Shown here: piece after piece, positions 54,042 to 63,960 of the stretch
Numbering within the stretch: position 1 is the first letter of the stretch
How the letters are laid out: every line of letters begins with the position of its first letter
Assembly: GCA_035405645.1 (NCBI GenBank)
Contig: DAONJL010000010.1
Coordinates: 2,836 to 66,835 of the forward strand
From: a bacterium
Lineage (GTDB): Bacteria > JAGOBX01 > DAONJL01
Direction of reading: 5' to 3'
DNA: 64,000 nt
Made by a program: the position numbers and the translations under genes
Notes under the pieces: model-generated
What the model was told of the DNA's origin: nothing
Databases searched by the model: none
Seen by the model: the letters and a program-made list of their open reading frames with translations, nothing else

Positions 54042-54779
54042 TTAAATTATATCTATTGAACTCTTCTCTATCCATCCTATTTCTTTACCAAATACTTTTA
54101 CTCGATAATAATCATATCGCTCTTCAATTATATCAACATCAAGTCCTTCATATAATTCTGTGTTCTTTAAAAAAGTTGGACCCGGTCCACTCATTACATC
54201 AACTTTCTCTTCTATTATTACTCCTTTTTTATTTATTATTTCATACTCGTATCTTAAATATAACCATATACCTAATCCAATATTTATAAAAAATAAAATC
54301 ACAGTAAAATAAATCAAAATTGTTTTAAATAATTGTGGTTCTAAAAATAATATAACACTTAATAAAATAAAAAATAACAATGACGAACAAATAAATAAAT
54401 AAGTAATAAAATTTAAAGAATAACTAATTAAATCAACTTCATAAGGTCTTTTATTTTTTATCCTCGTATTCAAATATTTTATATTTTCAATAATATCTTT
54501 ATCAGAAGGATTTAATCTATTTGCTCGATAATAAAATAATAATGCTTTCCCTATTTTACCTGAATTATTATAACAATTTCCTATGTTATAAAAAACATCA
54601 GGATTTTTAAAACCACTTTCTATTATCTTATTATAAATTATCAAAGCAGAATCATACTCGCCATTTCTATAATATTTATTGCCTTCTTCAAAATATGCGA
54701 TTATTTTTTCATCTGCTGAAATAATATTATTAACTAAAAAATAAAATATACAAATAATTAAAAAAATCTTTCTTTTCAT
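54042..54779 (-). CDS. batE: BatE-like TPR + TM + SH3b protein
   Basis: Signal peptide, YNIGNCY TPR, two TMs, C-terminal GWI SH3b-like segment. Confidence 0.8.
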   Translation of the reverse strand: MKRKIFLIICIFYFLVNNIISADEKIIAYFEEGNKYYRNGEYDSALIIYNKIIESGFKNPDVFYNIGNCYNNSGKIGKALLFYYRANRLNPSDKDIIENIKYLNTRIKNKRPYEVDLISYSLNFITYLFICSSLLFFILLSVILFLEPQLFKTILIYFTVILFFINIGLGIWLYLRYEYEIINKKGVIIEEKVDVMSGPGPTFLKNTELYEGLDVDIIEERYDYYRVKVFGKEIGWIEKSSIDII

Positions 54780-56542
54780 TTCTTTATGTATTTCTCCACT
54801 TCAACTATTGTTTTTTCTGCTTCTTCATAAATTTCATTATATTTATTTTCTGGTAATGATGATTGACTGAATCTAATTAAATCACAATTCGCACATAAAT
54901 TTATTATTTTATTTATTAGTTCTTCTGGCACTTCTCTTTCTTTTAATAAATCTTTTATTGTTTCTGTGGTTAATCCTAAATTTGAAATATTAAATTTATC
55001 GCCAAAATACTTAAATAATGCTGTTGATATTTCATAGGCAAATTTGTTATAATCTTTTTTTACTAAATTTTTCTTTGCACCTTTTAAGATTTTATTTGCT
55101 GTTTTTAATGCTTTACGACTTTTTATTGTTACGAATTTTTTCTCTTTTATTCTATTAATTATTTTTATTATCGAACATAATATAAATACTATTAAACCAC
55201 TACTTTCTAATATTATAAAATTTTTTGATAATATTAAATATGAATAATTTTTTAATCTTTTCTTATCTTCTTTTATATATTTCAAACTCTCTTTGACCAT
55301 TATACTTTCTTTACTTTCAAAAGGAGTTGTTATGGTTCCTGATGTTGTTGATATGATTTGTTGCGCAATTATATCTCTGTCACCTGGTAAAACATTAAAT
55401 GAAAAAGTCTTACTAATTGCTCGCTCATAATTTTTTGTTTCTGGATTGAAAAATATATATTCAAAAGGTCCTAATTGGTATTCACCTTTTTTTGATGGAA
55501 CTACAATATATTTCAATTCTTTTTCAAATGTTATCTTTGTGCCAACTATTTCTTTTTTCTCTGTTATTGATGGTTCATATAAATTAAACCAATCATTATT
55601 TCTAACAACAGGAAGTTTTATACCTTTTACATTACCTTCACCATATAGTTTTACTAATGCTATTATTGACTCACCGACTTTTACTTCTTTTTTATAATTT
55701 TTTACTTCAAGTGAAATTTTTATTTTTCCAATCGAACCACTGAAATCTTTTGGCTGACCTTGTTCTGGTAATGATTTTACTATTATTTTAAATTTCTCAT
55801 TTGCTCGTAATATATTTGTTGATAAAGGTCTAAAAAACCCATCACCTATTATTGTTCTCACTACTGGCTCTTCTATTATATATTCGCCTGATTTTACTGG
55901 AAATAATGCAAATTTTAATATATTTTGAACATTATATTTTACGCCATTGTATTCTGTGGTTGTTATTTCTCTGTCATTATTTGTTTGAATTAAATTCTCT
56001 TTAATAAAATTATTAAAATCTGAAACTTTAATTAATTCTAAATTATCAATTCCTCTACGATAAAATAATTTTATTGTATATATTAACATCTCATCTACAA
56101 AACATTCTGTCTTTGATATTTCTGCTTTTATAAAAAAATCTTCTATTTTTACTGCTTCTTTTATTACTGTGATCCTGTGTGATTGTGATTGATATTTTTG
56201 ATTATCTATTATTAAATATGCTGGCTGAATTGTAAATTCGCCTATTTCTTCTGGTATTAAAACAAATGTATATGTTCGTTCATAAGAACGTGTCATTCGA
56301 CCATTTATTATTGATATTGATGACATTGTTGATGGTCCTGATTGCTGGATTAATCTAAATCCTTTAAAATCAGGCCTTACTAATTGTGCATTACCTATTT
56401 CATCTCCTGCTCTTATTTTTATTGTATAAATTAATTGTTCTGATAAACCTAATTTTGTCCTGTTCACTTCACTGATAAAATCAAGTGCATATAAATAACT
56501 ATATAAACAAATAAATAAAATAAAAATTTTTTTGTTCATCAT
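54776..56542 (-). CDS. batD: BatD-like protein
   Basis: Signal peptide, Ig-like repeats, LPEQGQPKDFSGSIG, C-terminal TM and helical tail. Confidence 0.85.
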   Translation of the reverse strand: MMNKKIFILFICLYSYLYALDFISEVNRTKLGLSEQLIYTIKIRAGDEIGNAQLVRPDFKGFRLIQQSGPSTMSSISIINGRMTRSYERTYTFVLIPEEIGEFTIQPAYLIIDNQKYQSQSHRITVIKEAVKIEDFFIKAEISKTECFVDEMLIYTIKLFYRRGIDNLELIKVSDFNNFIKENLIQTNNDREITTTEYNGVKYNVQNILKFALFPVKSGEYIIEEPVVRTIIGDGFFRPLSTNILRANEKFKIIVKSLPEQGQPKDFSGSIGKIKISLEVKNYKKEVKVGESIIALVKLYGEGNVKGIKLPVVRNNDWFNLYEPSITEKKEIVGTKITFEKELKYIVVPSKKGEYQLGPFEYIFFNPETKNYERAISKTFSFNVLPGDRDIIAQQIISTTSGTITTPFESKESIMVKESLKYIKEDKKRLKNYSYLILSKNFIILESSGLIVFILCSIIKIINRIKEKKFVTIKSRKALKTANKILKGAKKNLVKKDYNKFAYEISTALFKYFGDKFNISNLGLTTETIKDLLKEREVPEELINKIINLCANCDLIRFSQSSLPENKYNEIYEEAEKTIVEVEKYIKK

Positions 56543-56570
56543 AATAAGTAATACAAAAATTTATTTCGTG

Positions 56571-57257
56571 TTACCAATCTTTTTCTATTTCATCTAAATT
56601 CATCTTCTGTTGTCTCATTGCATTTTTTAATGCTTCTTTCTCTTGTTCACTATAATTCTCTAAAAATCGCTCTATCTCTTTTTTTTGCTTTTCTTTATCC
56701 TTTTCTTTTTCAGCCTGTTTTGATTGTGCCTGTTGCTGCTCTTTTTTTTCTTTGCCTTTTCCACTCTCTTCTTTTTTATCTTTTTTTTCGCCTTTTTGTG
56801 CTTTCTGCTCATCGGTTAACTGCTTTTTGTCTGCTTCTGTTTTTAACTTCTTTACATATTCTAAATTATATTTTGCATCTTTATCATCAGGATTTATATT
56901 CAAAGCATTTATATAATTATTTATTGCTTCTTCAAAATTTCCTGATTTAAAATATGCATTACCTAAATTATAATATGTCTTTGCAAGTAAATCTTTATCT
57001 TCTGTATTAAATAAAACATTTTGATACATCTCTATTGCATCGCTATATTTTTCTGTCTTGTAATAACTATTGCCTGTGTTATAATATATTTCTCCTCTAT
57101 CTTTTTTTTCTTTTAATGCTTTTTTATACTGTGATAATGCTTTATTATATTCGCCCTTCTTGAAATATTTATTCCCTTTGTCTATTAAACTTTTTACACT
57201 CGAAAAAAAATTTACAAAAAATAAAAAAACAGAAAATATAATTATTATTCGTTTCAT
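56571..57257 (-). CDS. batC: BatC-like TPR protein
   Basis: YYNTGNSYY, YYNLGNAYF, AKYNLE, charged Q/K/E tail ending EKDW. Confidence 0.85.
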   Translation of the reverse strand: MKRIIIIFSVFLFFVNFFSSVKSLIDKGNKYFKKGEYNKALSQYKKALKEKKDRGEIYYNTGNSYYKTEKYSDAIEMYQNVLFNTEDKDLLAKTYYNLGNAYFKSGNFEEAINNYINALNINPDDKDAKYNLEYVKKLKTEADKKQLTDEQKAQKGEKKDKKEESGKGKEKKEQQQAQSKQAEKEKDKEKQKKEIERFLENYSEQEKEALKNAMRQQKMNLDEIEKDW

Positions 57258-57264
57258 AAATCTA

Positions 57265-58296
57265 TTATTTTTCTATAAATTTATTATATTTTTGTGAAGC
57301 AAATAATTTTATCGGTAAAAATGTTTCGATTATTAAAAATAAAACTGTAAAAATTAAAAAATACTGGTAAATATCATTATGTCTAATATTTTGTTTTGAT
57401 TCAAGTATTTTTTTATCCATATTTTCTATCTGTGAATAAATCTTCTTAATTTCAAATTCATCTGGCGTAGCATTATAAAATGAACCATTTGTTTCAAGCG
57501 CAATTTTTTGTAATAATAAAATATCAAGTTTCGTCAATACCTGATTACCTGCTTTGTCTTCTTTATATTTTACTATATTGCCCTGTGCATCACGAATAGG
57601 AATTGGCACTCCATAACTTCCACCTATTCCTATACAATGAATTATTATACCATTTTTTTTCGCTTCTTCTATTGCCTCTAATACTGCCTGTTCGTGGTCT
57701 TCGCCATCTGTTATTAAAATTAATGTTTTATGTTTTGTCTGTTTATTATTAAATGCTTTAATAGCAGTAAAAATAGCAGAAGCAATAGAAGTGCCTGGTC
57801 TGGAAATCATATCAAAATCAATTGTATCAACAAACATTTTAGCAGCATTATAATCGTGTGTCAATGGACATAATAAATGCGCTGAACCTGAAAATATTAC
57901 TATACCAATTCTATCGCCTTTTAAATTATTTATTAAACTCTTTATTTCACTTTTTGCTTTTAATAATCTGTTTGGCTTTATATCTTCTGCTCGCATTGAT
58001 TCTGATACATCAAGTGCTACTATTACATCTATTCCTTTTTGTTGGATTCTTTCAACCATTGCGCCATATTGTGGTCTTAATAATGAAATAATTAAAAAGA
58101 ATAATGCAAAATAATATAATATCCATTTTATATGATATATTTTTTCATTTTCATAAAGTAAATTTTCTTTTATCAGATTTATCTCACCAAATTTTTTTAA
58201 TTTATAATTTTTATACTTGATATAAATAAATTCTCCAATAATAAAAATCGGTATAATAAAAAAATAAAACCAATAATTTATATTTTCAAATATCAT
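57265..58296 (-). CDS. batB: BatB-like VWA protein
   Basis: ALDVSESM MIDAS, IKPNRL, PLTHDY, ILITDGEDH. Confidence 0.88.
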   Translation of the reverse strand: MIFENINYWFYFFIIPIFIIGEFIYIKYKNYKLKKFGEINLIKENLLYENEKIYHIKWILYYFALFFLIISLLRPQYGAMVERIQQKGIDVIVALDVSESMRAEDIKPNRLLKAKSEIKSLINNLKGDRIGIVIFSGSAHLLCPLTHDYNAAKMFVDTIDFDMISRPGTSIASAIFTAIKAFNNKQTKHKTLILITDGEDHEQAVLEAIEEAKKNGIIIHCIGIGGSYGVPIPIRDAQGNIVKYKEDKAGNQVLTKLDILLLQKIALETNGSFYNATPDEFEIKKIYSQIENMDKKILESKQNIRHNDIYQYFLIFTVLFLIIETFLPIKLFASQKYNKFIEK

Positions 58297-58298
58297 AA

Positions 58299-59354
58299 TT
58301 ATGGTAAAGAAGAAAAAATTGTTTTGTTTAATAAAAATTCAAAAATAATTAATGCAAATGCTATATATAAAAAGTAAATAAATAATTCTGTATAATTCAT
58401 ATATTTCTTTACTTTTACTTTTGTTTTCTCCAATTTATTTATATCATCATAAACATTTTTTAATTCATTTTTATATTCTGCTTTATAAAATTTTCCACCT
58501 GTTTCGGCTGCAATATATTTTAATGTTTCAAAATCAAATTCACTATTTATTTGCTGATATATTAATTGCCCTGTTTGTGGATGTGGTATTAATGCAGGTG
58601 CTAATTCAAGTCTGCCTATACCTATTGTATATATTTTTATGCCTAATGTTTTTGCTAATGATACTGCTTGTGATATTGGTATATCATCAACTGTTTGTTT
58701 ACCATCTGTTAATAATATTATTATCTGTGTTTTTGACATTTTACTTTTTAATCTATTTAATGAACTTATTATTGCCATACTGATATTTGTTGCTGGACCT
58801 GCCATTCCTGGCTTTATATTTTCTATTATCAAATCATATATTTGATAATCAGTTGTTAATGGACATTGTGTATATGCATATTGACCAAACACTACCATAC
58901 CTATTCTATCGCCTTCGCGTTTCTTAATAAATTCTTTTATTACTTCTTTCGTTATATCAACTCTTGTTTTTTTATTCTTTAAATCCATATCAAGCGCTGT
59001 CATACTCATTGATGTATCAATTGCAAGAATAATATCAATGCCATAACTTGTTATTTCTATTTCTTTTCTACCTGCCTGTGGTCTTGCTAATGCTATTATT
59101 AATACTATTATTATTAAAAGCCGTAAGAATACTATATTTTTTTTCAACCATACTCTTAATGTTGGTTTCGCTCCTTCAAATAATTTTATGTTTGAATATA
59201 CAATAGCACCTTCCATTAAATTTTTCTTTCGCACATAAAAAAAATAATACAAGATAATTATTACTGGTATAAGTAAAAGATAATACGGTGCTGCAAAATA
59301 TATTTCATCAAATTTAAAATAATTATACAGTTGTTTGTTTAATAAAAATTTCAT
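58299..59354 (-). CDS. batA: BatA-like VWA protein
   Basis: ALARPQ, AIDTSMSM MIDAS, DRIGMVVF, CPLTTD, LLTDG, KIYTIGIG. Confidence 0.9.
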   Translation of the reverse strand: MKFLLNKQLYNYFKFDEIYFAAPYYLLLIPVIIILYYFFYVRKKNLMEGAIVYSNIKLFEGAKPTLRVWLKKNIVFLRLLIIIVLIIALARPQAGRKEIEITSYGIDIILAIDTSMSMTALDMDLKNKKTRVDITKEVIKEFIKKREGDRIGMVVFGQYAYTQCPLTTDYQIYDLIIENIKPGMAGPATNISMAIISSLNRLKSKMSKTQIIILLTDGKQTVDDIPISQAVSLAKTLGIKIYTIGIGRLELAPALIPHPQTGQLIYQQINSEFDFETLKYIAAETGGKFYKAEYKNELKNVYDDINKLEKTKVKVKKYMNYTELFIYFLYIAFALIIFEFLLNKTIFSSLP

Positions 59355-60279
59355 TTTTTATCTCTTCTATTAAATTTTCTGTTGTCTTTGTTATTTCATC
59401 TATTTCTTGATGTGTTGGTTTGTATTTAGCAAATTTTATCATATCTGTATTATATAAATATTCTTTAATTTCATTCATATAATTTATTTTTCGCTTTCGT
59501 AAATAATCAAGTAATTCTTCTTTTGTCATATCAAGTGCATTTACATTATATATTTTGCCAATATATTCTCTTAATATTTCTGTTATTTCAAAACAATATT
59601 CTTTTACTTTTTCCTGTGTTACTAAATCTTTTTCATATAATCTTTTTAATCTTATCTTTGCCCATTCATAAGGTGTATATTTCTTTTCTTCTATTTGTAT
59701 TTGCGCTGATTTATATTTTTTATAATATTTATAACCACCAATTATAATTCCTGAAATTATTATTATGATTATTAAATTTAGTAAATAATTTGTTTTTATT
59801 TCTACTACATTTTTTATATCTCTTATATCCTGTGATAAATCTGGATTTGTGCTGTAAAATCTTATATATAATCTTTTTGTATCTATTTCTTTTGTCTCAT
59901 TATTTGCTATATATCTTATTCTTATTGATGGTATTATAAATGTTGTATCTTCATAACTTGTTAAATAATATATTATTTTTTTTTCTTTGTAATTTGCATC
60001 AACTTCTTTTTCTTCTATATTATAATTTTTTATTGTGAAATTGTATAAATAATTACTTATATCTGGAATTTCAACTTTTATATTTTTTAAATATTTTATT
60101 TCTAAATGATATTGTACAATATCACCAATTAATGGTTTGGTTTTTGAAAAATAATTTTTTATTTCAATTGGCGATACTATTTTTCCATCATCTTTTTTAT
60201 CACTGCAATTAAACAACATAAAATAAAACAATATTAAATAAATTATATTTTTGAAAATTGGATTTTTTAATAATTTCAT
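59323..60279 (-). CDS. bat-locus accessory protein (probable lipoprotein, Ig-like domain + TM + helical tail)
   Basis: MLFNC lipobox-like, DIRDIKNV, TM, EILREYI...MTKEELL, DMIKFAKY; directly upstream of batA. Confidence 0.7.
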   Translation of the reverse strand: MKLLKNPIFKNIIYLILFYFMLFNCSDKKDDGKIVSPIEIKNYFSKTKPLIGDIVQYHLEIKYLKNIKVEIPDISNYLYNFTIKNYNIEEKEVDANYKEKKIIYYLTSYEDTTFIIPSIRIRYIANNETKEIDTKRLYIRFYSTNPDLSQDIRDIKNVVEIKTNYLLNLIIIIIISGIIIGGYKYYKKYKSAQIQIEEKKYTPYEWAKIRLKRLYEKDLVTQEKVKEYCFEITEILREYIGKIYNVNALDMTKEELLDYLRKRKINYMNEIKEYLYNTDMIKFAKYKPTHQEIDEITKTTENLIEEIKNEIFIKQTTV

Positions 60280-60387
60280 TTGAAGTATATTAAATATAAT
60301 TATAAATTGAATTTGTCAATAGTTTCATTTATTTTTTAAGATATTTATTTATTGATGAATATTATCAAAAATTTTTTTCTGATTGTC

Positions 60388-60416
60388 TTGACAATTAGTT
60401 GATTTTGCAATATAAT
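60388..60416 (+). promoter_or_regulatory. Perfect consensus sigma70 promoter
   Basis: TTGACA(60388-60393)-17 nt-TATAAT(60411-60416). Confidence 0.8.
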
Positions 60417-60452
60417 GTAATGGAAAAAAATATTTATAAAGGAGAAATTAAA

Positions 60453-62204
60453 ATGAAAAAAAATATTTTCCTTTTAATTTTTATTCTTTCATTTAATTAT
60501 CTTTTTGCTGTTTATAATGAAGCAGAATATACTGTGTATATTACTGGACCAACGATTGTTGTTCAAAATGTTTCGACTAAATTTCACGCAACAGTAAAAG
60601 ATAGTGCAGGCAAAATTTATTATGATAAAGATTTTTCAAGGACATTAAAAAAATTAGGTGAAACAATTATAACAAATACCATTACATTTACTGCAAGTGA
60701 TGGCTTGCAACATCAAATAGTTGGAACTTATGAAGTAACTGTTGTTGATACATCTGCTTTTAATTATGTTGCAATAATAACAGGTCCAAAAACAGTAATA
60801 CAAAATGTTTCAACCAAATTTCATATTACTGTTAAAGATGGGCTGAATAATATTTTCTATGATAGAGATTTTTATAGAACATTGAAAAAATTAGGGCAAT
60901 CATCAATAACAAATACAGTTACATTTGTAAATCGTGATGGTATTGAAACAAAAATAGTTGGAACTTATGATGTAACTGTTGTTGATTCTTCAACACAAAT
61001 AATTCCACAAACTGAAAATAATATAACAGAACCATTATTTTCAAATCCAGCAACAAAATCAAATGCATTAGAACAAATAATTGTTAATGCGATAAATTCA
61101 GCACAAACATCAATTGATGTGGCAATTTATTCATTCGCTGACTGGCCTGTTGTAAATGCACTTGTAGAAGCGGCAAACAGATTAGGTAAAGATAAAGTTA
61201 GAATTGTAACTGAATATGAAAATTATACATATTCAGGAACAAAGAATTATTATAACAAATTAGAAAATGCTGGAATAAAAATTATTACTGATGCAGCCGG
61301 TGGCGGTGGTAGTGGTTTAAGTCATAATAAATTTTTTATTATTGATAATCAAAAAGTAATTGTTGGTTCTGCAAATGCCACTTATACGAGTTATTATACT
61401 GATAATAATAATATGATTGAAATTAGTTCACCACAAGCAGTAGCAATATATGCAGCAGAATTTAAACAGATGTATGAACAAAAATTATTTGGTAGAGCAA
61501 AAAATTCATCGGCTGATCATACTTTTCAATATACACCAGAAGATTATAAAAATAATAATAATCTAATAAATATAAATACAGCATCAGTTTCAGACTTCAC
61601 AAAACTATATGGTATAGGCACAACAATAGCAACAAATATTGTAAATTATCGAAATGCAAATGGACCATTTAAATCAATTGATGATTTAAGTAAAGTATCA
61701 GGTGTAAAATCAACAATAATAAATGCAAACAGAAGATATATGTATGTAGATAGTGAAAATACAAAGACAAAAACAGGCGAAATATATTTTGCGCCAAAAG
61801 ATAATGTTGAAGCACAAATAATTAATGCAATAAATTCTGCAAAATATACTATTGAATTTGCTATGTTCACTTTTACTGATAATGAAATAGCCAATTCAAT
61901 AATAGCAGCAATAAATCGTGGTGTAAAAGTTTCTGGTATTTATGATGATTATCAGGCTGGTTCTAAATATTGCACTATTAATACCTTAAAAGAAGCAGGT
62001 GCAACTGTTTATACTGACGCAAGTGAAAATTTAATGCATAATAAATATTTAATAATTGATGGAGAAAAGGTTATAACTGGTTCATATAACTATACAGCAT
62101 CAGCAAATACTGCAAATGATGAAAATATAATTATTCTAAATGATAAATCAACCGCAGTAAATTACTATCTAAATTTTAAAAGTATAATTCCATCAAACTC
62201 ATAA
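60453..62204 (+). CDS. Secreted PLD-superfamily protein: 2x novel beta-rich repeat, PLD, ComEA-like HhH, PLD
   Basis: AGGAG-ATG 60453, signal peptide MKKNIFLLIF; HNKFFIID and HNKYLIID HKD motifs; ININTAS..LYGIG..NGPFKSIDDL. Confidence 0.88.
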   Translation: MKKNIFLLIFILSFNYLFAVYNEAEYTVYITGPTIVVQNVSTKFHATVKDSAGKIYYDKDFSRTLKKLGETIITNTITFTASDGLQHQIVGTYEVTVVDTSAFNYVAIITGPKTVIQNVSTKFHITVKDGLNNIFYDRDFYRTLKKLGQSSITNTVTFVNRDGIETKIVGTYDVTVVDSSTQIIPQTENNITEPLFSNPATKSNALEQIIVNAINSAQTSIDVAIYSFADWPVVNALVEAANRLGKDKVRIVTEYENYTYSGTKNYYNKLENAGIKIITDAAGGGGSGLSHNKFFIIDNQKVIVGSANATYTSYYTDNNNMIEISSPQAVAIYAAEFKQMYEQKLFGRAKNSSADHTFQYTPEDYKNNNNLININTASVSDFTKLYGIGTTIATNIVNYRNANGPFKSIDDLSKVSGVKSTIINANRRYMYVDSENTKTKTGEIYFAPKDNVEAQIINAINSAKYTIEFAMFTFTDNEIANSIIAAINRGVKVSGIYDDYQAGSKYCTINTLKEAGATVYTDASENLMHNKYLIIDGEKVITGSYNYTASANTANDENIIILNDKSTAVNYYLNFKSIIPSNS

Positions 62205-62209
62205 ATTTA

Positions 62210-63799
62210 ATGAAAAGATTTTTTCTGTTTCTCATAATAATATTATTATTCCCTTATCTTCTATTTAGTGAAGACATTTCTTTAACAGAACGCGAACAAT
62301 TTGCGTTTGAAATGTTTTATCAAAACGAAGAAATTTTTGGTCCTTATAAACAATATTTAAATAACGAAGATTTAGAACAGTTATATAGTTATGCAGAAGA
62401 ACGGCTTTCAAATATAGTAAAAGAAACAAGAGATTTCAGTAAAGAAGAAGCACATCAATATATATTAGAAAAAATATATGGAAGCGGTGGATTAAAATCA
62501 GAAATACACGAACAAATGCGTGAAATATTTAAAAGAAAAACTCTTCCTTCAAGTTTTGAAAATGATTTAAAAAATTTCTATTTAAAGTATGGTAAAAAAT
62601 ATCCTTTAAAAATTATTATCTCAACAATTATTGCTGTTTTACTTTTGATTTATATTATTTTTCATATAATAAAAAATAAAATAATTAAAGATATATTTGC
62701 AATAATTTTAATTTTGTTTGCTGCTTATCTTATTTATTTAATATTAAGCAATAAAGGATGTTCTTATCAAAAAATAAAAAAATATTTATCAAAACAAACA
62801 ATTATTTTACCAAAAAGTGATATTGGAAAAAATATATATTTTGTAAAACCATTAATAAATACTGCTTATACTTATGAATTAGTTGAAGATATAAATAAAG
62901 CAAAATATATAATTGTTGTTTCAATGTATTTAGCAGAATTAAGTAAATCTAATACAGCATATCAGGCTATGATTTTTGATGCTCTAATTAAAGCAGCAGC
63001 AAGAAATGTAAAAGTATATGTTATGTTAGATTATCCTGATATTGAGCAAAATTTAGATTTATATACTAAAAATAATGCTGTGAAAAATTTTTTAGAAAAT
63101 AACAAAATTATTGTTATCTGGGATTCACCACAAATTGAAAATCATGAAAAAATAATTTTAATTGATGAACAAATTTTATATGTATGCAGTCATAATTGGT
63201 CTTATGCTGCTTTAACTACTAATGAAGAAATTTCTTTTAAAATTTATTCTTATGAATATCCTCAGGAAATACTTAACTATTATTATACTCCATTTGAAAA
63301 CCAAATCAAATCAATTGTAATTTTAGAGAAATTAAATATTAAAACTGATAAATATTTTAAAACAGATGATTTTTCTTTTCTGACTTCTTATAAATATTTT
63401 TATAAACTTAAACGCGAGTTGATAACTACTAAAAAAAGTGTTAAAATTCGTATGTTTTTAATTCGAACTGTTTCTATGAATGAAGAAGATAAAGTTTTTC
63501 AACTTTTACAAATATTAAAAAAATTAAAAGAGAACGGAAAAGATATAGAAATAATTCTCGATGCTTCTATGTCAAAAGAAAATACACCTGTTTATGATTT
63601 ATTAAAGAACTATAATATTAATGTTCGATTTAATCATAATGAAAAAATAATGCATACAAAACTTGTAATAATTGATAATGAGAAAATATTTTGTGGTAGT
63701 CATAACTGGACTAATTCATCATTTAATACCAATCGTGAAGTATCAATTTATTGTAAATCTTCTGAATTAGCAAAATATATAGAAAAAAATATTAGATGA
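62210..63799 (+). CDS. Membrane-anchored PLD-superfamily protein with two HKD motifs
   Basis: Signal peptide, helical domain, two TMs, HEKIILID..CSHNWS and HTKLVIID..GSHNWT. Confidence 0.85.
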   Translation: MKRFFLFLIIILLFPYLLFSEDISLTEREQFAFEMFYQNEEIFGPYKQYLNNEDLEQLYSYAEERLSNIVKETRDFSKEEAHQYILEKIYGSGGLKSEIHEQMREIFKRKTLPSSFENDLKNFYLKYGKKYPLKIIISTIIAVLLLIYIIFHIIKNKIIKDIFAIILILFAAYLIYLILSNKGCSYQKIKKYLSKQTIILPKSDIGKNIYFVKPLINTAYTYELVEDINKAKYIIVVSMYLAELSKSNTAYQAMIFDALIKAAARNVKVYVMLDYPDIEQNLDLYTKNNAVKNFLENNKIIVIWDSPQIENHEKIILIDEQILYVCSHNWSYAALTTNEEISFKIYSYEYPQEILNYYYTPFENQIKSIVILEKLNIKTDKYFKTDDFSFLTSYKYFYKLKRELITTKKSVKIRMFLIRTVSMNEEDKVFQLLQILKKLKENGKDIEIILDASMSKENTPVYDLLKNYNINVRFNHNEKIMHTKLVIIDNEKIFCGSHNWTNSSFNTNREVSIYCKSSELAKYIEKNIR

Positions 63800-63854
63800 A
63801 TTATATAAACAAATATTTTTAAAATTATCCTTCCAAAAATAAATAAAAAATTTC

Positions 63855-63883
63855 TTGACAAAAAATAAATAATATGATAAAAG
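63855..63883 (+). promoter_or_regulatory. Promoter for tRNA-Asp
   Basis: TTGACA-17 nt-TAAAAG with extended TG. Confidence 0.6.
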
Positions 63884-63960
63884 TATTTTGTTAAAATGAA
63901 TTAAGTGTTATATAATTCAGTTTTGTGTCTTTGTTTTTATTTTATTGATATTTGAATTAC

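Noticed and set aside
170-58845. Many Leu/Phe-rich plus-strand ORFs in the track (e.g. 4456-5181, 36681-37406, 44741-45343)
   Set aside because: Antisense shadows of well-supported minus-strand genes, produced by the strand skew; no RBS or family motifs
60280-60319. Promoter for the bat operon
   Set aside because: TTGACA is present but has no properly spaced -10; left unreported
60399-60452. ORF-track extended starts (also rplV, rpsL, rpoB, cheB, cheY, pgsA, argH, methyltransferase)
   Set aside because: Downstream starts have RBSs and match family N-termini; the PLD extension overlaps its own promoter
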